Shown piece by piece: positions 48,077 to 57,294 of a stretch of DNA of 64,000 nt. Position numbers and translations under genes: made by a program. Each line of letters starts with the position of its first letter. The stretch's first letter is position 1. The stretch is from Lachnospiraceae bacterium (GTDB lineage: Bacteria; Bacillota; Clostridia; Lachnospirales; Lachnospiraceae): positions 5,682 through 69,681 of the forward strand of contig SVEB01000050.1 of assembly GCA_015057635.1 (NCBI GenBank), read 5' to 3'. A model generated the notes under the pieces. That model was not told where the DNA came from and searched no databases. It saw only the letters and a list, made by a program, of their open reading frames with translations.

Positions 48077-48287
48077 GGTCCCCTGAACGCCAATAGGCCG
48101 CGGGACTTGGAGCATCGGATGTTCGAAATGTCCGGCTCATGACGCACAAAAACAGCAATATTCTTTGAATAGCAGACAATTTATTGTCTGATAGGCAAAG
48201 AATATTGCTGTTTTTGTCCGCTCATGCGTCCGAACATTTGAACATCCGATGCTCCAAGTCCCGCGGCCTATTGGCGTCCAGGGGACC
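48077..48287. repeat. Long palindromic intergenic element, copy C
   Basis: Core atagcagacaa-ttta-ttgtctgatag (48169-48194); near-perfect outer arms of about 50 bp, ggtcccctgaacgcc...gttcgaaa / tttgaac...caggggacc. Confidence 0.92.
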
Positions 48288-48317
48288 GTCCGTCTGCCCA
48301 ATTCCGTGATGCGCTAC

Positions 48318-48968
48318 CTATTTAGCAGCTCTTGCAGCAGCAACAGCAGCTACGAATTCCTGTGCAGTAGCTGTGATCTTAGCGTAATCGCCAGTCTTAG
48401 CACCTGCTGTTAAGTTGCTGCCTGTACCGATAGCGAAAGCACCAGCCTTTAACCATTCACCCACGTTGTCGATAGAAACACCGCCGGATGGCATGAACTG
48501 ACCCTGTGGAAGTGGGCCTCTGAAAGAGCTGATTGCAGATGGTCCAACAAGGTTACCTGGGAAGATCTTGATAACGTCGCAGCCAAGTTCAAGAGCCTGA
48601 ACAGCTTCGGTTGGAGTCATAACGCCTGGTAATACAGGTACTCTGTAACGGTTACATAATTTAATTGTTTCTGGGTTTAAGCTTGGAGCAACAACATAAG
48701 CAGCACCTGCTAAGATTACGGCTCTAGCTGTTTCTGGATCTAATACTGTACCAGCACCGATCACAACTTCCTTATTGTCTTTATATTTTTCAACCATAGC
48801 TTTGATGATTTCAACAGCGCCTGGAACTGTCATTGTGATTTCAATATAATTGATACCACCAGCGATGATAGCGTCGATGATCTTTTCGCCCTGTTCTTTG
48901 TTTTCAGCACGAACTACAGCTACTAAACAGTCTTTGTTCATTTTGGAAATAATCTGTTCTTTTGTCAT
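48318..48968 (-). CDS. eda: KHG/KDPG aldolase
   Basis: AVVRA, IEITMT, IGAGTVLD, IKIFP, FMPSGGVS. Start at MTKEQII (48968). Confidence 0.92.
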   Translation of the reverse strand: MTKEQIISKMNKDCLVAVVRAENKEQGEKIIDAIIAGGINYIEITMTVPGAVEIIKAMVEKYKDNKEVVIGAGTVLDPETARAVILAGAAYVVAPSLNPETIKLCNRYRVPVLPGVMTPTEAVQALELGCDVIKIFPGNLVGPSAISSFRGPLPQGQFMPSGGVSIDNVGEWLKAGAFAIGTGSNLTAGAKTGDYAKITATAQEFVAAVAAARAAK

Positions 48969-49032
48969 TTCTAAATTCTCCTTTATCATATACACTGATC
49001 CGCGATATAAATCATATGGCGGCTACTCCATT

Positions 49033-49062
49033 ATTGTAAACGCTTACATCCCCGTATGTCAA
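49033..49062 (-). promoter_or_regulatory. Putative sigma-A promoter of eda
   Basis: TTGACA-N18-TACAAT. Confidence 0.55.
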
Positions 49063-49108
49063 TGCAAAACTGACTAATTATACTAATTTTCTTACTATCA
49101 TTATCCAT

Positions 49109-49498
49109 TTACTTACCGATCTGCTTATCACATTCTAAGATATGCTCTACAAGCCAGTTCCCAAGGAAGGTTAAAAGCTCTTCTATCGATTCTTCCTGGT
49201 GCACATCCACCTCTTCCAGATTCAGTTCCTCTAATCTCTCAATAAAGTTCATATGCTGGATTTTCTGTGTAAACATTTTCTTATATCCGATGCTTTCCAT
49301 ATACTCTTCTTCATGTGCGAAATGGAACCTGGTGTAATCCTTCAGCTCGTTGATAATAGTTACGATATTATCATACTTATCCACAACATACTCTTCTTTT
49401 AGCAGCTGATACGCCTCTTCTGCAATTTCAAATAATCTGGCATGCTCCTCATCAATCTGCTTAATTCCTGTTAAATATTCATCTTTCATCTCAAACAT
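49109..49498 (-). CDS. Bacteriohemerythrin
   Basis: TGIKQIDEEH, HFAHEEEYM, QH, WLVEHILECDK di-iron ligands. Confidence 0.93.
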   Translation of the reverse strand: MFEMKDEYLTGIKQIDEEHARLFEIAEEAYQLLKEEYVVDKYDNIVTIINELKDYTRFHFAHEEEYMESIGYKKMFTQKIQHMNFIERLEELNLEEVDVHQEESIEELLTFLGNWLVEHILECDKQIGK

Positions 49499-49680
49499 AA
49501 GTATCTTCTCCTTTTTTGCTTTCGTTGTACCGGTATTATATCATACCTTTTTTAGCAGAACAAGGCTACTTCTCCTTGCGGAATTCATCCTGCCTCTATA
49601 GCATTTTTCACCTTCCTTAACAAAAGAAACGTCAGCTCTTGTGTGCCCTCATGTCTTCAAATCTTTATACCAATAAGACT

Positions 49681-49733
49681 AAAAAGAGGCTAAAGCCCGT
49701 ACTCTATTAGCACGACAGCCCCAGCCTCTTTTT
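49681..49733. terminator. Intrinsic terminator after the GH13 gene
   Basis: aaaaagaggct ... agcctcttttt. Confidence 0.65.
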
Positions 49734-49745
49734 ATAGTTCTACGT

Positions 49746-52700
49746 TTAATTCGTATAAGAAAGCCTGTCTTCCGTTATTAACTCTGTCTGATATACAAAG
49801 CATCTGCTGCCCTGTACAATCTTAATGGTCAAAACAGTAGTTCCTTTTCCTGTTACTTTTAGCGTTCCATCCTTTTCTACTACCGCTACATCCGGGTTAT
49901 CGGACTCATAATAGATCCGCTCCCCGCCGATCAGATTCTGGATCTTATCTGCTATATTGATCTGCTCACCTTTTAATACAGACAGATATTTTCCAATAAA
50001 CGGACGTACTGGGTTTGCATTGGTAATCAGATAAGTTCCTCCCTGGCTGATTGCAAATGTAACAGCATCGTTCTCTCTTACCTGCCCATAAGAAACCGGT
50101 GTAAGCTTATAAGATGCGGAATCAAATAACGTAGCATATAAGTAATGATATCTCCATTCTTTATCGGTCTTCACACTCAGATAAGCGCGGAACGGGAAAG
50201 CACTTCCATTTCCAATTATAAAACTTTCAATTCCTTTTACGGAATAATTCTTTTGAATTAACATTGCATCTAACTTCTCTGCAAGCTTCTGATCCTCAAA
50301 CAGGCCTTCTATTACAGTGATGGATAGATCAATGTTCGATATGCCATCCGTAAGTTCTTTCCACTGATCAGAATCAATATCCATTCCGTCAATCTTCCAG
50401 ATGTAATTTCCCATTACCAGTACAAGTCTGATATTCTTTCCGGACATATTCACCAATACGTCTTTTGGTACTTTTGTTTCATTCTTCATATCAACCCGGA
50501 TTTCTTCCGGCTGCTGCTGTTCTACGAGACCTGCTTTATTAGCGACTGCCGTAATCTGATCCTTTACTGCCGCCCAGTCAGCAGACGTTAAGGAAACGCT
50601 CTCCGATACACTGCTGCCAGATCCACTATTATTACCACTGTCTTCATTCGCATTCTTTTGATAAACAAACACTGCTGTTCCGCCTTCCTCAATCGATGGG
50701 ATGGTTACCGTGATCTTTCCGTCTGCTGCCGGTGCATAGGTACTATCATTATAGATATCATGCAGAACATATCCAGTAATTCCATTTGGACTAAAGGTAA
50801 CCTTTGCTGCCTCTTTCTGGTCATTGAATCCAAGAAGCACTCTCTGTCCTTCATAGGTACGTTCTGCTACAAGATATCCTGCCTCATCATTTCCTGCAAG
50901 CTGCATTCTGCTGCCCTTTGCAAATACATCTGTATAGGAATTACGAATTGCTAACAGCTTCTTATAATGAACATACATCTCGTTCGTCTCATTTACAAGA
51001 CTCCAGTCAAAATCATAACGATTTGTCTGATATGGCCAGTTATTGAGTCCGGTCAGACCGATTTCTTCTCCATAATAAATAACAGGCTGTCCTTTCGCAG
51101 TAAGCTGCAGGGAAGCCGCTAGCTTCATCTTATTATAAGCATCCTCCTTATTTTCTGTCTTAAGAAGAGTTGCTAACAGGCCATCCTCATCATGAGAGCT
51201 TAAAAAATTTCCAACCGTCGCGGCACTGTTTAACGTTGGATCCGTTGCCTCAAGGGATGCCTCCACTTCTTCTAGCTCACCTGACACAAATCGTCCTGCC
51301 AGATCGTTAAAGTCGAAGTTTAATAAAGAATCCATTCTTCCGGTAAACAGATAATTAAAGTCATTGCTTGCACCGGCACCGGAATATTCCCCAATCAGTT
51401 TAAATTCCGAATTAACCTTTGTTAAAGCATTCTTGAATGCCGCCCATGTAGTTGGCTCCACATGTTTTACGGTATCCACACGGAAATAATCAATATTATA
51501 TTCCGTCATCCATGCAGTCTGCCATTCAATCAGCTTATTCCGTACTGCCGGAATCTCGGTTGCAAAGTCCGGCATACCGGATAAGGAATCTAAAATCGTG
51601 TTTCCCGGCACGTTATGATCACGGAACATGCCTGCAAATGTATCTTCCGTTCCATATCCGGCATGATTGATCACGACATCGACCATAATCTTGATTCCAC
51701 GCTTATGTGCCTCTTCAATTAAGGTCCGAAGTTCTTCTTCCGTACCGAAATGTGCATTCAGCGCCTCAAAATTTCTAGCCCAGTATCCATGATAGCCATA
51801 TGTCTGCATTCCTGTATTGCTATCCGTCTGGCTCTCCAGCACATTCTCTACAATTGGGGAAATCCAGATTGTATTGATTCCAAGATCTTTCAGATAATCA
51901 AGTTTTGCTGTCACACCGGCAAAGTCCCCGCCATGATAGCTCGAGCATCCGGTCTCGCTGTCAGTATTGTAGTCGCCTACACCGTAAGCATCGTTATTGG
52001 CAGCATTTCCATCAAAGAAACGGTCTGTCACGATAAAATAAATCACGGCTTCATCAAAGCCTAAGTCTGTCGTCTTTGTATCGCTTACCGTAACCTCTGC
52101 TATTGTCTCGAATGCCTGTCCATACTGATCTACTACCGTTACCGGTATTACTTTCTTACCAGTTTCTACTGTATCCGCTACGCAAATCGTGAACTCCATC
52201 AACTCTGTCTCGACTGCTACTTTTTCATCTCCGCCTAAACTTGTTAAGTCCACGTACACAGCAGATGGGTTGAATTCCTGTTCCATATTCTCATAAGATG
52301 CCTCAATGGATAATATCGCATTCTGGGTATACGAAATGGAAGCCGGGCTTACGAAAGCTTTCACTGCCGCATTAAGCTTATAATATTCCATCACGGAAAG
52401 TCCATTTTCGATATTTTCATTAAATATATCTAAAATCTGTACTTCATTCGCACCGACTGTTTCTGTTACATAATAACAGTAAGTGTGCGTACCATTTTCC
52501 GGGTTCTGATAGTCATATTCATAACGTTCTTCCTTCTCATCGTACACCATAGCATAACGGGTACCGTCTACGCTTAGCTGTACCTGATACAGGTCTGCAA
52601 GCGTACCATCTTTAAACTTCTCATCATTCCGATAGTAGAAATGAATCACGTTATCGTTGACATTTGCTTCGTATCCGGTATTGTAAGGAATCAGCTCCAT

Positions 52701-54095
52701 ATTCGATGTATTTCCGCTTGTGATCACAGCTTTTACAATTGTTTGATTAAGTGGTATCTGAATCGCCAGGTCTCCGCCGTCTTTCACCCATGTCTCCCCA
52801 TCCTGCGGATAACCTTTGCGAATCAGAAAATCTAACTGGGTGGTGGCTTCTGCTACTGTCACATATGCAAAGCCATTTTCATCAAAATCAACCGTTCTCG
52901 TCCCATCGGTCCATGTATAGATGTTCCAGTCTGTGTAAGCCTTATCGTCTCTGACATACTGAACAAGGATTCCCCTTTGAAGAGTCTCTTCGCTTGGTCC
53001 CGGCATCTGTGTATATACCGAAGAATCCCCGGAAACAATCCAGATATCCGATTCGGTCACGCCTTCCGGCATGCTAAAGCTGCGATTTGCTTCCTGACCA
53101 TTCCACACACCTGGATCATGGCTTGCATTGGTCGTTCTAGCTATAATGCTGATGGAAGAAAGAGAATATACAAGCGTTCCTTCTGCCCATGTCCGTCCAT
53201 AAGAATCGGTAAAGGTATCAGTGAACAGATTGGCACTCCCGTTAATGCCATCTCCCCAGATCCACAAATCCTTATCCGCATAAGATTCATCGCTTCGATA
53301 GTAATAATAATGATAGGTATAAAGCTGATTCTGTACCGATACAGTAAGGATGCAGCTTGCGCCTTTTGTATAGGCAATGAGCTTAACTGTGCTTTCCTCA
53401 TAATCGGATGCGACCGTCAATGTATAATCCTGAATCGTAAGCTTTTGATTCTCGTCTGCTGTCTCATAATAGAGAATCTGTGCCCTTGACGCCTCTCCAT
53501 CCTGATAGAAAACACCGGTCTGTGGAAGGTTAACCAGGCTTCCTCTTGCTACTTCTACCCTGTCTGAAATGGTAAGTCCGTTTACATAAAAATAGCTGTT
53601 TCCATTTTTCTCATTCGGATTCTTCTCATCCTTCAGCCAGTTGCCGTCTGCAATAAACTTATACTCATAATTGCCCGGTGCTAAGGTAACAAGAAGGGAC
53701 CAGATACCATCTTCCCCTTTTGTCATTGCTAACGCACCATTCTGCCATTCCGTAAAGCTTCCTGCTACCATCACATTGTCTGCTTCCGGCCCATAATAGA
53801 AAAATGTCACCGCGCTTCCGGATACGACCGGACTTTGAATTGCACTGCCTGTTACTGCTTCTGTTAGCACTTCAGGAGCAACGGTCTCTCCGTTCTCAAC
53901 CTGTTCTGCTACCCTTTCCTCTTCTACGTTCTGTTCGTCTGCCCTTGTCTCTTCTTCGGTTGTGAAATTGCCTGATTGATAAGCCTGTCCTGTGGTGTCA
54001 GCAAAGACTGTTACCGCACCTGCACACTCTAATACAAAGAGGCAGCACGCAGCTAACAGACTGATGAGTTTCATGCCAAACTTGCCTTTTTTCAT
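49746..54095 (-). CDS. Secreted multimodular GH13 alpha-amylase/amylopullulanase with CBM48-like, CBM41-like and Ig-like modules
   Basis: Signal peptide; VAGSFTEW...GNYEYKF (CBM48-like); YYRSDESYADKDLWIW and YVRDDKAYTDWNIYTW (CBM41-like); DVVINH, FRVDTVKH, IGEY, SSHD (GH13 regions I-IV); C-terminal Ig-like (Big_2). Confidence 0.92.
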   Translation of the reverse strand: MKKGKFGMKLISLLAACCLFVLECAGAVTVFADTTGQAYQSGNFTTEEETRADEQNVEEERVAEQVENGETVAPEVLTEAVTGSAIQSPVVSGSAVTFFYYGPEADNVMVAGSFTEWQNGALAMTKGEDGIWSLLVTLAPGNYEYKFIADGNWLKDEKNPNEKNGNSYFYVNGLTISDRVEVARGSLVNLPQTGVFYQDGEASRAQILYYETADENQKLTIQDYTLTVASDYEESTVKLIAYTKGASCILTVSVQNQLYTYHYYYYRSDESYADKDLWIWGDGINGSANLFTDTFTDSYGRTWAEGTLVYSLSSISIIARTTNASHDPGVWNGQEANRSFSMPEGVTESDIWIVSGDSSVYTQMPGPSEETLQRGILVQYVRDDKAYTDWNIYTWTDGTRTVDFDENGFAYVTVAEATTQLDFLIRKGYPQDGETWVKDGGDLAIQIPLNQTIVKAVITSGNTSNMELIPYNTGYEANVNDNVIHFYYRNDEKFKDGTLADLYQVQLSVDGTRYAMVYDEKEERYEYDYQNPENGTHTYCYYVTETVGANEVQILDIFNENIENGLSVMEYYKLNAAVKAFVSPASISYTQNAILSIEASYENMEQEFNPSAVYVDLTSLGGDEKVAVETELMEFTICVADTVETGKKVIPVTVVDQYGQAFETIAEVTVSDTKTTDLGFDEAVIYFIVTDRFFDGNAANNDAYGVGDYNTDSETGCSSYHGGDFAGVTAKLDYLKDLGINTIWISPIVENVLESQTDSNTGMQTYGYHGYWARNFEALNAHFGTEEELRTLIEEAHKRGIKIMVDVVINHAGYGTEDTFAGMFRDHNVPGNTILDSLSGMPDFATEIPAVRNKLIEWQTAWMTEYNIDYFRVDTVKHVEPTTWAAFKNALTKVNSEFKLIGEYSGAGASNDFNYLFTGRMDSLLNFDFNDLAGRFVSGELEEVEASLEATDPTLNSAATVGNFLSSHDEDGLLATLLKTENKEDAYNKMKLAASLQLTAKGQPVIYYGEEIGLTGLNNWPYQTNRYDFDWSLVNETNEMYVHYKKLLAIRNSYTDVFAKGSRMQLAGNDEAGYLVAERTYEGQRVLLGFNDQKEAAKVTFSPNGITGYVLHDIYNDSTYAPAADGKITVTIPSIEEGGTAVFVYQKNANEDSGNNSGSGSSVSESVSLTSADWAAVKDQITAVANKAGLVEQQQPEEIRVDMKNETKVPKDVLVNMSGKNIRLVLVMGNYIWKIDGMDIDSDQWKELTDGISNIDLSITVIEGLFEDQKLAEKLDAMLIQKNYSVKGIESFIIGNGSAFPFRAYLSVKTDKEWRYHYLYATLFDSASYKLTPVSYGQVRENDAVTFAISQGGTYLITNANPVRPFIGKYLSVLKGEQINIADKIQNLIGGERIYYESDNPDVAVVEKDGTLKVTGKGTTVLTIKIVQGSRCFVYQTELITEDRLSYTN

Positions 54096-54201
54096 GAACT
54101 TCACACCTTCTCTTTCCATATTTTGTATACACTATAGTAATATCACAATATGGAAGGAAAGTCCACGTGAATTTTCGTATTTTTTCGTAAATTATAAAAT
54201 G

Positions 54202-54229
54202 AAAAAAGTCCCATTGACATGGGACTTCT
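54202..54229 (-). terminator. Intrinsic terminator after the antiporter
   Basis: aagtcccat-tgac-atgggactt with an A6 run. Confidence 0.7.
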
Positions 54230-54270
54230 TCAAACTCTCTTTTACTTATCTTCTTCTGATTAATCTAACA

Positions 54271-55452
54271 TTACGAGCGCTTCGTAAGCAGCTTCTGATA
54301 GGTCTTATCCACAAGAATCGCTCCAAACGGCGCGGTGATTAAAATAGCTAAAACCGCCACAGTAAGCACCTGATTCCCGCAGGCAAGCCCCATCGATAGC
54401 GGTATCGCACCGATTGCCGCCTGTACGGTCGCTTTAGGCATATAAGCAAACATGCAGAACATTCTCTCCCTGCCGCTTAACTCTGTCTTTAACAAGCACA
54501 CATAAACACCTGCCATTCGCACCAGCAAGGCAAATGCTACAATCAGAACTGCTGCCAGACCGGACTGAAGTGCATAATTTAAATCTACGGTTGCTCCGAC
54601 TAATACGAAAAGAAGCACCTCTGCCGCTCCCCATAAAGCGTTATACTGCCCTGCAAGGCTTTCCGCCATCTTCTTTTCCTTTTGACGGATTAAAATTCCC
54701 ATGCTCATAATGGCAAGCAGACCGGACATCGGAATGATTCCTTCTAACCTTGTCTCACATTCCAATAACAGGAAAGAAATACTTAATACAACTAAAAGCT
54801 TTGCTGTATCCCGCATTGGAAGTCTTTTTAAAAGAGAAGATACCACCAGCCCGGAAACAATACCTGCTAAAATTCCTAATACGATCGACACCGGTATGGT
54901 AAGAAAGCTCATCACATTAAGCTTTCCCGTCTGTGCAAGTCCGGTAAATGCGGTAAACACCACAATAACAAATACATCATCCACAGATGCTCCTGCTAAA
55001 ATCAGCTGTGGGATGCTTTTATCTGTCCCATATCCATCTTCCATAAGCTTAATCATACGCGGCACGATAACTGCCGGTGATACCGCTGCAATGACACTTC
55101 CCATAATCGCCGCATCTAATGTGCTCATCGGCAGCACTTTGGGTGCAATAAAGATGACAGCAAGCATCTCAAAACATGCCGGCACAAAGCACATGAGCAC
55201 AGCCGGACGCCCTACTTTCTTTAAATCTGCAACATTTAAAGATAATCCCGCTCTTGTGAGGATGATGACCAGCGCAAGCCTTCTTAAGTCCCCTGCAATA
55301 GACAGAATGGATGCGTCGAGCAGATTGAATGCATAAGGGCTTACTGCCATCCCCACTAAAATCATTCCAAGCAGGCTTGGAAGCTTTAACTTTTGAAAAA
55401 TCAGGCCTGCCAGCAAACCAAGTAAAAATATTAGTGCAAGACTTGTTAACAT
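54271..55452 (-). CDS. Cation:proton antiporter (CPA1, NhaP/NHA2-like)
   Basis: LRRLALVIILTRAGL, AAVSPAVIVP, GASVDD, PKATVQAAIG. Confidence 0.92.
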   Translation of the reverse strand: MLTSLALIFLLGLLAGLIFQKLKLPSLLGMILVGMAVSPYAFNLLDASILSIAGDLRRLALVIILTRAGLSLNVADLKKVGRPAVLMCFVPACFEMLAVIFIAPKVLPMSTLDAAIMGSVIAAVSPAVIVPRMIKLMEDGYGTDKSIPQLILAGASVDDVFVIVVFTAFTGLAQTGKLNVMSFLTIPVSIVLGILAGIVSGLVVSSLLKRLPMRDTAKLLVVLSISFLLLECETRLEGIIPMSGLLAIMSMGILIRQKEKKMAESLAGQYNALWGAAEVLLFVLVGATVDLNYALQSGLAAVLIVAFALLVRMAGVYVCLLKTELSGRERMFCMFAYMPKATVQAAIGAIPLSMGLACGNQVLTVAVLAILITAPFGAILVDKTYQKLLTKRS

Positions 55453-55522
55453 ATTCTCCTCTTTCTACAATCTTTGTATTTCATCACTGTATTTTTATCA
55501 TTGTGCATCTATTCAAAACAAA

Positions 55523-55858
55523 TCATTCAGGACCATTTCCCGTCAGATAGACAATCAGATCCTTTTCGTTAAAATCAGGTATGTATCTCTTTTTCATATA
55601 ATCTAACTGACGCGGAGTCGCTATCTTATAATCTTTTCTCCCTATTTTCCCTGTAATATCGTATAACTCATTTTGAAATTCAATCGCACAGTGTTCTCTT
55701 TCTTTATTAAACATAATAAAGGAATTCTTCATATGGGAATGCAAATAGGAAGCAAAGAAATAACAGCCTCCATGAAGAAATAATTCATTCACTGCATCTT
55801 TCCCGAAATACCGCTGCAATGCTTGCACGGTTGAAGCATAAATCTCATAATCACACAA
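55523..55858 (-). CDS. Hypothetical 111-aa protein with a possible Cys-His-Asp triad
   Basis: FLHGGCYFFASYL...EHCAI...LYDITG. Confidence 0.7.
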   Translation of the reverse strand: MCDYEIYASTVQALQRYFGKDAVNELFLHGGCYFFASYLHSHMKNSFIMFNKEREHCAIEFQNELYDITGKIGRKDYKIATPRQLDYMKKRYIPDFNEKDLIVYLTGNGPE

Positions 55859-56003
55859 TCAACTCATTCCTTTCATCACAACCTGCCAACAATCAGCCCA
55901 ATCATTTGGATTCTTTTATTTTGTTTAAACAAAGATATAAAGGAAAAAGATGCTATGTCGTTCACATGCATCTTTTCCCACTCTATTTTGAAGATACGAC
56001 TGT

Positions 56004-56420
56004 TTATTCAGCCTCCATCTCAAACATCTCTTTCGCAATCTGAGCCGCATCATAAATGCAGCCTGAACAAGTGCGAAGAATCTTCTTTGTTTCAATCCCT
56101 TTCAACTCCTTACAGATAATGGACTGATTCATCTCTTTAAAACGTTCTAAAATTTCTTTGGATTCTAAATAAGTCTTTCCTTTTGAATTCGGACTTTCCA
56201 GATTGCAGGTGCTTGTTTTTAATCCTGCAAGCATAACAGCACCTGAGATAGCACCACATACGCCTTCGAGCCCTCCCATGCCGGCGCCGAATCCTTCTGC
56301 TATCCGGAACATGGTCTCTTCATCCACTCCTACTAAATCCGCATAGGCACATGCCACTGCCTGGCAGCAGTTATACCCTTTCTTATGGTTCTCCATCGCC
56401 TTTTGTACTCTTTCTTCCAT
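56004..56420 (-). CDS. C-GCAxxG-C-C family putative redox protein
   Basis: YNCCQAV, GVCGAISGA, ICKEL...CSGC. Start at MEERVQ (56420). Confidence 0.9.
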   Translation of the reverse strand: MEERVQKAMENHKKGYNCCQAVACAYADLVGVDEETMFRIAEGFGAGMGGLEGVCGAISGAVMLAGLKTSTCNLESPNSKGKTYLESKEILERFKEMNQSIICKELKGIETKKILRTCSGCIYDAAQIAKEMFEMEAE

Positions 56421-56621
56421 CTTTCTCTCCTTTATCGTATAACAATCTCTCCTCTGCATTTGGTTCTATACAGATTCAATCCTGTCAATCATCTTTTCAT
56501 TTTAAGCTGTTTTCTTTCTTACATCCTATAATATTATATTTTTTATTTTAACACTTTTTCCGCTGTATGTGTACTTCCATTTTCAAGTTACATTCCTTCC
56601 GACATTCGATTGTCTTTTCCC

Positions 56622-56930
56622 CTATCCGATCATATCCGCAATTTCCTTTTTCGGAACAAATCCAATGGACCGTTTCACTTCTTCTCCGCCCTTTACCACT
56701 AAAACAGTCGGAATGCTTAATACACGGTACTGTCTTGCCAAATCCGGCGCCTCATCCACATCGATCTTGCATACCTTTACCGTATCATTCATTTCATCGG
56801 ATATCTCCTCAATAATTGGTGAAATCATTCTGCATGGCATGCACCATTTTGCAAAGAAATCAAGCACAACTGTCTTGCTCTCCTTTAATACCTCCTCTTT
56901 AAAATTCTCACTGGAAATGTGAACTACCAT
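56622..56930 (-). CDS. trxA: Thioredoxin
   Basis: LDFFAKWCMPC, KIDVDE, SIPT. Confidence 0.92.
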   Translation of the reverse strand: MVVHISSENFKEEVLKESKTVVLDFFAKWCMPCRMISPIIEEISDEMNDTVKVCKIDVDEAPDLARQYRVLSIPTVLVVKGGEEVKRSIGFVPKKEIADMIG

Positions 56931-57114
56931 AACAAAACTCCCTTCAATCTGTTTCTAATTTATGATATGAGTATATCTGATTTTTTTGACAGCTTCGGTG
57001 ACTTAATCACACAATAAAGCCTGTTTCTTTGTTTTCCCTCCACCATTCTTGCCCTTTTACAAAAAAGGATGGTCATCATGAATTTAAGAGTGCATCCTTT
57101 CAAAACGCCGCTAA

Positions 57115-57186
57115 ATAAAAAATACCCTGGATGTGTGCTTCTCTGTCTCTTGATAAAGCTTAGAGCACATCCAAGGTATTTTTTAT
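57115..57186. terminator. Long terminator-like hairpin downstream of the MCP gene
   Basis: ataaaaaataccctggatgtg ... cacatccaaggtattttttat. Confidence 0.65.
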
Positions 57187-57294
57187 AATCTGCTAAAATA
57201 AAGAAGTCTTGCTTTCTTCCGGTTCCATTTTTGTAACTGTTTCATCAGACAAGATCCCATCCATAGCAGCATATTTCATAATTTATATGATTTT

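Noticed and set aside
36680-49800. Isolated ctgtctgata matches (near 36690, 45880 and 49785)
   Set aside because: They lie inside coding sequence without the partner half or arms; chance matches to the element core.
54701-55336. Long antisense ORFs (also 6350-6781, 8690-9178, 16664-17122, 44452-44919, 52977-53489, 61021-61998)
   Set aside because: These are shadow frames opposite well-supported genes.
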